Below, piece after piece: positions 7,797 to 14,829 of a stretch of DNA of 36,855 nucleotides. The first letter of the stretch is position 1, and the number at the start of each line of letters is the position of its first letter. Under the pieces are notes generated by a model that worked only from the letters and a program-made list of their open reading frames with translations, was not told the origin of the DNA and ran no database searches. Source of the stretch: Patescibacteria group bacterium (GTDB taxonomy: Bacteria > Patescibacteriota > Gracilibacteria > UM-FILTER-43-11); the NCBI GenBank assembly GCA_029260985.1, contig JAJDCE010000061.1, positions 1 to 36,855 on the forward strand, in the 5' to 3' direction. A program made the position numbers and the translations under genes.

Positions 7797-8872
7797 GAAC
7801 AGTTCAAAGATAATTGATCAATAGCCCAACGGGCGTGGTCTACAAGCATATCATCAGATTCTCGATCCACAAAATCTTGAAGTAATGGGGTTAAGCTGAC
7901 ATCTCCTGAATTCCCAGCCACAACGCAAGCATTTCGGAGAAGGCCTCTCCGCTTCGCGCGCATTAATGGAGTACCCGCAAACTTTTCCAAAAACTCCTCA
8001 TCCGTTTTGATAGATAAAAGTTCTTTCAAATCTAAAGAACTCCCAACTCCTGACTCCGGACTAAGAACTTTTATAGTGACTGTCTGATGATGAGCTCTGC
8101 CAACATTAAAAGGACAAACCTCTTGGCAGATATCGCACCCGAACAAACGATTGCCGATTTTAGACCGAAGCTCTACCGGAATCCCCTCTTTATTTTCAAT
8201 CGTTAAATAAGATATACACTTCCGCGCATCAATCTGACCAGGTTTCACGATAGCACCGGTAGGACACGCCATCTGACACTTTTGGCAGTCTCCGCAATTC
8301 GGAAAATGCCGTTTTTCAGTCGGCCTAAGTTCTAAATTTGTATAAAGCGACGCTATAAAAAAGAAACTCCCCTTCGAAGGATCAATCAAACAGGAATTTT
8401 TACCAAAAAAACCAAGCCCAGCTGTCTCCGCCAACACCCGATCCACCGTCGGCCCACTATCGACCGAAACATACGTTTCGATTTCAGATTTCACATTTCT
8501 GATTTCAGATTTCAGCCAATCAGATAATTCAATAAGTCTTTTTTTAAGAACTTTGTGATAATCCTTCCCTCTCGCATACCGAGAAACAACTCCACTATTT
8601 GAGCCACGCGACGAAGGAGCTGAGCCACAATTGGAATATATCGCCCCCAATACAATCACTGATTTAATATCAGCCAATTTGTTCTCAGGATGAAATCGAT
8701 CCTCCTTCATCCGCTCCAAATAGTCTAAATCAGCTGAGAATCCTCTCTTCATCCAATCATCAAAAACCGCTTCATGTTTCTTCAAATTCTTCCTAATTTC
8801 CTCAAGCGAAACTACGCCATGAGTAGACCATCCTTGCCCTTCGATAAATTGTTCTAATTTTTTCGGATTCAT
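7793..8872 (-). CDS. queG: epoxyqueuosine reductase (tRNA queuosine biosynthesis)
   Basis: Two 4Fe-4S ferredoxin motifs (CGDCQKCQMACPTGAI; CDICQEVCPFN), GLGFFGKNSCLI, and a HEAT-like C-terminus. Length is typical of QueG. Confidence 0.9.
   Translation of the reverse strand: MNPKKLEQFIEGQGWSTHGVVSLEEIRKNLKKHEAVFDDWMKRGFSADLDYLERMKEDRFHPENKLADIKSVIVLGAIYSNCGSAPSSRGSNSGVVSRYARGKDYHKVLKKRLIELSDWLKSEIRNVKSEIETYVSVDSGPTVDRVLAETAGLGFFGKNSCLIDPSKGSFFFIASLYTNLELRPTEKRHFPNCGDCQKCQMACPTGAIVKPGQIDARKCISYLTIENKEGIPVELRSKIGNRLFGCDICQEVCPFNVGRAHHQTVTIKVLSPESGVGSSLDLKELLSIKTDEEFLEKFAGTPLMRAKRRGLLRNACVVAGNSGDVSLTPLLQDFVDRESDDMLVDHARWAIDQLSLNCS
8474..8515. repeat. six tandem heptamers (ATTTCAG family) in frame inside queG
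   Basis: cgtttcg atttcag atttcac atttctg atttcag atttcag gives 42 nt, or 14 codons (KSEIRNVKSEIET), in a variable loop of QueG. Confidence 0.85.
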
Positions 8873-8928
8873 AATATTACTTCTTCTGCCATTTTACCCC
8901 ATAAAACATTCCAAAAAAATGCAAAATA

Positions 8929-8937
8929 TGATATAAT
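8929..8937 (+). promoter_or_regulatory. extended -10 promoter (TGaTATAAT) for the K+ channel gene
   Basis: tgatataat at 8929-8937. The -35 is weak (TTCCAA at 8909-8914, 17-nt spacer). The predicted TSS near 8944 gives a ~129-nt leader. Confidence 0.4.
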
Positions 8938-8946
8938 ATAATAAAC

Positions 8947-8981
8947 ATTTCAGAATTCGCATTTCTGATTTGGCATTCAAT
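8947..8981. repeat. degenerate tandem heptamer array (ATTTCAG AATTCGC ATTTCTG ATTTGGC ATTCAAT)
   Basis: Seven-nt periodicity seen directly. Same unit family as inside queG. Confidence 0.7.
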
Positions 8982-9037
8982 CTTATACTTGAGAATTCTT
9001 ACATTCATTGCTAAATGAATAAATACTAAATGACATT

Positions 9038-9065
9038 ACGAAATCTGAAATCAGAAATACTAAAT
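9038..9065. repeat. inverted copy of the ATTTCWG heptamer array (ACGAAAT CTGAAAT CAGAAAT ACTAAAT)
   Basis: 9048-9058 (aaatcagaaat) is the exact complement of 8961-8971 (atttctgattt). The array ends 7 nt before the GTG start at 9073. Confidence 0.7.
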
Positions 9066-9072
9066 AAATAAC

Positions 9073-9648
9073 GTGGCTCAAACAAAAAAATTAAAAGAAA
9101 GCATCAAACTTCTCATAACCGCCATTTTCGCATTACTAGCTTTGGGCACCGTGGTTTTTAGCTATATTGAAGGTTGGAATTTAGTCGATTCTTTCTACTT
9201 TGTAACCATGACGGCTACCACAGTAGGCTACGGCGATTTCACCCCCACCCATGCACTGAGTAAAATAATCACGGTAATTTATTCTCTGGCCATCATCCCC
9301 TTTATCCTCTACGCCTTCACCGCCATCGCCAAATATGAAGTGGAACGGGTAAATAAACAAATTCATGGAATTGCTCTTAAACAAAAGGAAAATAAAGAAG
9401 AGATAGAAAAAGCAGAACGCAAGCTTCGTGATCAAAAACAACTAATGAAAGAGCAGGAAGAAATTCTGGAAAAACAGGAAAAACAACTTAAAAAACAGGT
9501 TGTAATCAATAAAGAACAGGAGGAAGAACTTGAAGGGCATCAGAAAAAAATCAGAAAGGCGGAAAAAGAACTAAAAGAGCATGATGAAGAACTGGAGGTT
9601 GTAGAGGAGGTTGTAGAGGAGCAAATAGCTAAAAAAATAAAAAAATAA
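9073..9648 (+). CDS. minimal two-TM potassium channel with a long charged coiled-coil C-terminal tail
   Basis: GTG start. Two TM helices flank the selectivity filter TTVGYGD. The C-terminal ~100 aa is K/E/Q-rich with heptad-like spacing. No RCK domain. Confidence 0.85.
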   Translation: MAQTKKLKESIKLLITAIFALLALGTVVFSYIEGWNLVDSFYFVTMTATTVGYGDFTPTHALSKIITVIYSLAIIPFILYAFTAIAKYEVERVNKQIHGIALKQKENKEEIEKAERKLRDQKQLMKEQEEILEKQEKQLKKQVVINKEQEEELEGHQKKIRKAEKELKEHDEELEVVEEVVEEQIAKKIKK

Positions 9649-9649
9649 A

Positions 9650-9677
9650 TTGACAACTTTTAAGAAGGCACTATATT
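9650..9677 (+). promoter_or_regulatory. promoter TTGACA-N16-TATATT
   Basis: TTGACA at 9650-9655 (2 nt after the channel stop codon) and TATATT at 9672-9677. Predicted TSS near 9684. Confidence 0.6.
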
Positions 9678-9866
9678 GTTCTCAGCCAATGTGGAGTTTT
9701 TAGGGTGCTTTTTTGCAGTCCAGACTCCCATTATGATCTTTAGTAGTCCTTTTATAATTGTTGCCCGCTAAAAGCCAGTATTAATATGCTGATTTCTGAC
9801 GGGTAACAATGCTCGTAAACCGCCGCACGATGCGGCAAATGCGTTAACGCGAAAGCACAAGGAGAG

Positions 9867-10406
9867 ATGAGTATGGAGTTAAGCCTATCAATGAAAAGGT
9901 TTCTGGAAAAGGCAAGAGCCTGGCTGCTTCAGGGGATCGATATGATCGACGATCTCCTGGGAGCTAACGAAGCTGCCGACGAAGAAGGTCAGGCTGCTGG
10001 GGATCCACCGTCCGAAGAGCCTGCTCTCGCAGCAGCATCTGAGGAGGCCACAGCACCCGCCGAAGAGCCTGCAGCGGAAGAACCTGCCGTTGAGGAAGCC
10101 GAAGCCGAGGGTGAAGCCGATGATGAAGGCAACACCGAGACCGATGGTGACGGTGAAAGCGACGACGCCGATGGCGACACCGCCGATGGCGACACCGCCG
10201 AGACCGATGAAGGCAAAGGCGGCGGCGAGGCAGAAGAGCCTGATGCCGAGGGCGACGGCGAAAAGTCCGACGACGCTGAGGCCGAAGCCAAAGATGGTGA
10301 AGGCGACAGCAGCAACGATGGTGACGGCGAAGCCGAAGCCGACGCTGCACCCGCCGAAGAAACTGCAGCCGAAAAGGCCGAAGCAGAGGCCGCAACCCCT
10401 GCCTAA
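9867..10406 (+). CDS. extremely acidic low-complexity (E/A/D/G-rich) protein, compositionally atypical
   Basis: 179-aa ORF preceded by AGGAGA 7 nt upstream of the ATG. Amphipathic N-terminus, then a long Glu/Asp/Ala/Gly tract with a 15-nt tandem duplication (gccgatggcgacacc x2). About 65% G+C with C-ending codons. Confidence 0.65.
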   Translation: MSMELSLSMKRFLEKARAWLLQGIDMIDDLLGANEAADEEGQAAGDPPSEEPALAAASEEATAPAEEPAAEEPAVEEAEAEGEADDEGNTETDGDGESDDADGDTADGDTAETDEGKGGGEAEEPDAEGDGEKSDDAEAEAKDGEGDSSNDGDGEAEADAAPAEETAAEKAEAEAATPA

Positions 10407-10477
10407 AAAACAGCGAAAAGGCGCAGGGTCAGCGAGCGAAGGGCGACTAGAACTTATTGGGTGCTCCGTGTAACAGC

Positions 10478-10491
10478 GGGGCCCCTTTTTT
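10478..10491 (+). terminator. possible terminator: GGGGCCCC palindrome followed by T6
   Basis: ggggcccctttttt, 70 nt after the acidic ORF stop. The stem is short, so the call is weak. Confidence 0.35.
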
Positions 10492-10513
10492 AAATATAAA
10501 AATTTTACAAACC

Positions 10514-10544
10514 AAAAAATCCAATCGTATCCACAACTGGATTT
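10514..10544 (-). terminator. intrinsic terminator closing the 16S transcription unit
   Basis: Minus strand reads AATCCA-N14-TGGATT followed by a T-run (TGGATTTTTTGG), ~145 nt downstream of the 16S 3' end. Confidence 0.55.
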
Positions 10545-10688
10545 ACTATTGGATCTGCGATGGAACCTCCATCGGTATTATGTACTAAATGCAGTAAAGA
10601 ATTCTTAGAGTTCACGACCGTATGTAAGTCTCGCCTTGAATTAAACACAAGCTTTAATTCACGATGAGCAAACATTGCTTTCTCCTTT

Positions 10689-12152
<1,464 letters not shown>

Positions 12153-12304
12153 AAGTTTGAATTCCGATAAATCGGAATTAATTGTTTTTGCAATTATAAT
12201 TAGCTCTAAGAATATTCGGAATTAAGAAATAGATTCATTTCTGCAAAGAAAATAAATTCTATCTGTTAACCTTACTTTACTGCATTCAAAACATAATTTT
12301 GAAT

Positions 12305-12332
12305 ATCGTATAAATTTCGTAGTAATTGTCAA
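12305..12332 (-). promoter_or_regulatory. candidate rRNA promoter TTGACA-N16-TACGAT
   Basis: Reverse complement of 12327-12332 is TTGACA and of 12305-12310 is TACGAT. Lies ~150 nt upstream of the 16S 5' end. Confidence 0.35.
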
Positions 12333-12606
12333 AACCGAAGCCTATATATCGGACAATGACTAATTAAAACGCTTTGTTGTTAATGAACAAACCGCTTACT
12401 TAAGAGTTAATTTCTGTGTATCTCTCAGTATAAGCAAAAGGATTCTATCGAAGCTGGTAATTGAAGTCAAGAAAAAAAACAGGGTTTTTTATAGTATGCT
12501 TTTAAGTAAAATTACAATTATGTCAATTTATCGGACAAAAAGCTAAACTCTAAAAATTTGCGAACTAATTTAATCATTAGACTCTAAGTAGAATGCAGAG
12601 TATAAT

Positions 12607-13797
12607 ATGACAAACCAAAATAAAATGACGATTCTGCTCACCATCACCATCGCTTTATTTGTCACGTTTGTGGGTTCCCGAGTTGCCTCTTATTTTAAAT
12701 ACCCCCCAATTCTTGGACAATTCATCGCCAGTCTGCTTTTAGCCATACCCATCGTCAAAACCACAGTTTTCACTAAAGAATCACTGGAAGTGATTAAGAT
12801 CTTTTCAGAATTAGCTGTTATTTTCCTGCTCCTGCTTACAGGCCTAAAATCAAATGTTGAACGCATCAATCAAAGTAAAAAAGATGTAATCCTGATTGCC
12901 GCCTTCGGCTTCCTGACGCCCATGATTTTAGGCATCGCTGTCGGCCTACTGTTGGGCTTTAACCTAACAGTAAGCTTTATACTGGGTGTTAGCCTTTCTA
13001 TTACAGCTGAAGGAACTAACCTTGCGATTCTGCTTCAGCTCAAAAAGCTGAGAACCAAAGTAGGCTCAATCGTTATCAGCGCCGGAATGATCAACGATGT
13101 ATTCGGTGTTATTTTTCTATCCTTTATTCTCGTTTTGGCTCACAAAAATGGATTGGAGAGCTTGGCCCTTTTCCCCGTTAAACTCATTGCTTTTATAGGG
13201 ATCATCTGGATCGCCTCCATTTTAATTCCAAAGGCTCTCAGGTATTTAGAAGAGCAAAAAAAAGAAGTAGCTATGTTCAACCTGGTTATCTTGGTAGCCT
13301 TGATGCTGGCGATCCTCTCAGAGCTCCTCAGCTTAAGTTCTATTGTCGGTGCCTTCATCGCCGGTGTTATTCTGCAGAACTCATTTGAACTGAAGCGGGA
13401 TGAAAAACACGAAGAGCACGAAATTGAGACCTTATTATTTGGTATTATTATCCCATTTTTCTTCATCAATATCGCTCTCAACTTCGATTTCACCAGTCTA
13501 ACTGACTACCCCCTTCTCATCCTTATTGTATTAGTAACCGCCATCGTCGGGAAATTACTAGGAGTCTTACTCACTAAACCGTTCACAAAACTAAAATGGA
13601 AGAAGCTCTATTTGATTGGATGGGAAATGAATTCCCGGGGAATGATTGAATTGATCATCGCTAATATCGCCCTCACTGCAGGACTCATTTCAACCCCACT
13701 CTATTCAGCCATCGTATTTACCGCCATAGTCACTTCCCTGATTTCCCCCTTCATTATTCGTGGTATGATCAAACGCCATCCGCGTATTATGGGCTAA
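12607..13797 (+). CDS. cation:proton antiporter (Na+/H+ exchanger family, CPA2-like)
   Basis: 396 aa with ~11-12 hydrophobic helices and a typical Na_H_exchanger layout. A TATAAT at 12601-12606 abuts the ATG, so the Met at 12625 is an alternative start. Confidence 0.8.
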   Translation: MTNQNKMTILLTITIALFVTFVGSRVASYFKYPPILGQFIASLLLAIPIVKTTVFTKESLEVIKIFSELAVIFLLLLTGLKSNVERINQSKKDVILIAAFGFLTPMILGIAVGLLLGFNLTVSFILGVSLSITAEGTNLAILLQLKKLRTKVGSIVISAGMINDVFGVIFLSFILVLAHKNGLESLALFPVKLIAFIGIIWIASILIPKALRYLEEQKKEVAMFNLVILVALMLAILSELLSLSSIVGAFIAGVILQNSFELKRDEKHEEHEIETLLFGIIIPFFFINIALNFDFTSLTDYPLLILIVLVTAIVGKLLGVLLTKPFTKLKWKKLYLIGWEMNSRGMIELIIANIALTAGLISTPLYSAIVFTAIVTSLISPFIIRGMIKRHPRIMG

Positions 13798-13804
13798 CCA
13801 CCAT

Positions 13805-13861
13805 CTATTTTCTATTTGGCTATCTGCTGTCAAAAAATAGCGATTAACAAATAGAAAATAG
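13805..13861. repeat. perfect 14-bp inverted repeat with a 29-nt spacer
   Basis: ctattttctatttg (13805-13818) and caaatagaaaatag (13848-13861), with an inner 5-bp gctat/atagc pair. Located between the antiporter and the small membrane ORF. Confidence 0.8.
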
Positions 13862-13872
13862 CAAATAATATT

Positions 13873-14094
13873 ATGACCCTTATTCAAAACCTGACCGCCA
13901 CCGAAATCAGCCTCCTCATTCCTATGCTCATCTGGACGTTAATCTGGAAAGGAATCGCCCTATGGAAATGCGGAAGAAACAATCAACTCTATTGGTTCAT
14001 TGCTATTCTCATCCTAAACACTTTAGGTGTCTTGGATATTACTTACTTCATTTGGTTTCAGAAGAAAACAAAAACTAAGAGACTATCAAAGTAG
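13873..14094 (+). CDS. small two-TM membrane protein (hypothetical)
   Basis: 73-aa ORF with two hydrophobic helices (LLIPMLIWTLIW; WFIAILILNTLGVLDITYFIW). Confidence 0.6.
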   Translation: MTLIQNLTATEISLLIPMLIWTLIWKGIALWKCGRNNQLYWFIAILILNTLGVLDITYFIWFQKKTKTKRLSK

Positions 14095-14106
14095 TAGTTA
14101 AAAAAC

Positions 14107-14760
14107 CTACTTATCCCCCTTAGATGCCTCAGCTTCTACTACCTTAAATTTAAAACCCCCTTTACTTGCATCATCCACAACTTCCATTCTAAGCAATGTA
14201 CCAGTAGGGCTTTCTAAATATACTAATCTGTCCGGCCAGTAATTAATAACATCCAGATCTCCGGGAACTATCGTCAGCCCTATATCTGCATGTCGCTCAA
14301 AAGCAATACCACCAGACATTAACTGAGAATATTGCTCAGGCGTTAATTTTATAGGATTAATTTTATCATCTACCTCAGCAAGTTCTCGTCTACAATGATC
14401 AACAAATTCTTTCTGACTGCCAAAAGAAACTGAATTACCATTATTAATGACCGATTGCATCTGTCCAAAAAAACCTTGCCCCATATCCACACTTTCTGCA
14501 GGCTTTACTGCCTGAGAAGGTTCAGATACAGCATGTAATGCAGCTTTTTGCCCCTGCGCCAACCCTATAAGCTCATCTAAAGCCTTGGGATTTTCCAAGC
14601 CTTCAATATACTCTCTTACATGAGCAGGTACTAAATCGACTAACGTACTACCGACATCAAGCCTTGTTTGGGGTATATTGTCAGCTGCATCCTCATCTAA
14701 AATCCCATTAGCCTCCACAACAACATCGCCAAGCCTCTTTGGTTTTTCTCTGTCAGACAT
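14107..14760 (-). CDS. hypothetical acidic protein
   Basis: 217-aa ORF with its own consensus promoter. No recognisable motif. Confidence 0.65.
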   Translation of the reverse strand: MSDREKPKRLGDVVVEANGILDEDAADNIPQTRLDVGSTLVDLVPAHVREYIEGLENPKALDELIGLAQGQKAALHAVSEPSQAVKPAESVDMGQGFFGQMQSVINNGNSVSFGSQKEFVDHCRRELAEVDDKINPIKLTPEQYSQLMSGGIAFERHADIGLTIVPGDLDVINYWPDRLVYLESPTGTLLRMEVVDDASKGGFKFKVVEAEASKGDK

Positions 14761-14800
14761 AATTAAAAGTATACTTAATATTATTGATAACTATAGTATA

Positions 14801-14829
14801 ATTATAATATTAATTAACTATATTGTCAA
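14801..14829 (-). promoter_or_regulatory. promoter TTGACA-N17-TATAAT (exact consensus)
   Basis: Reverse complement of 14824-14829 is TTGACA (overlapping the TGA stop of aroA-aroK) and of 14801-14806 is TATAAT. Confidence 0.65.

Noticed and set aside
9964-10473. Arg-rich (9964-10395 -), Ser/Pro-rich (9989-10315 -) and Lys/Pro-rich (10090-10473 +) ORFs overlapping the acidic gene.
   Set aside because: They are open only because the GC-rich low-complexity tract lacks stop codons in every frame. Only the 9867 frame has an SD, a sensible N-terminus and a downstream terminator-like element.
10505-10675. 56-codon ORF (MFAHRELKLVFNS...) starting 7 nt after the AAAGGAG that follows the 16S 3' end.
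   Set aside because: It lies in the rRNA trailer and contains the terminator hairpin in its 3' end. It has no recognisable features, and the SD-like sequence is explained by the palindrome with the anti-SD. It is kept only as a curiosity; conservation in relatives would revive it.
10407-10688. 23S or 5S rRNA or a spacer tRNA downstream of the 16S gene.
   Set aside because: There are no conserved 23S or 5S sequences and no cloverleaf. The region contains only hairpins, a terminator and then a convergent protein gene.
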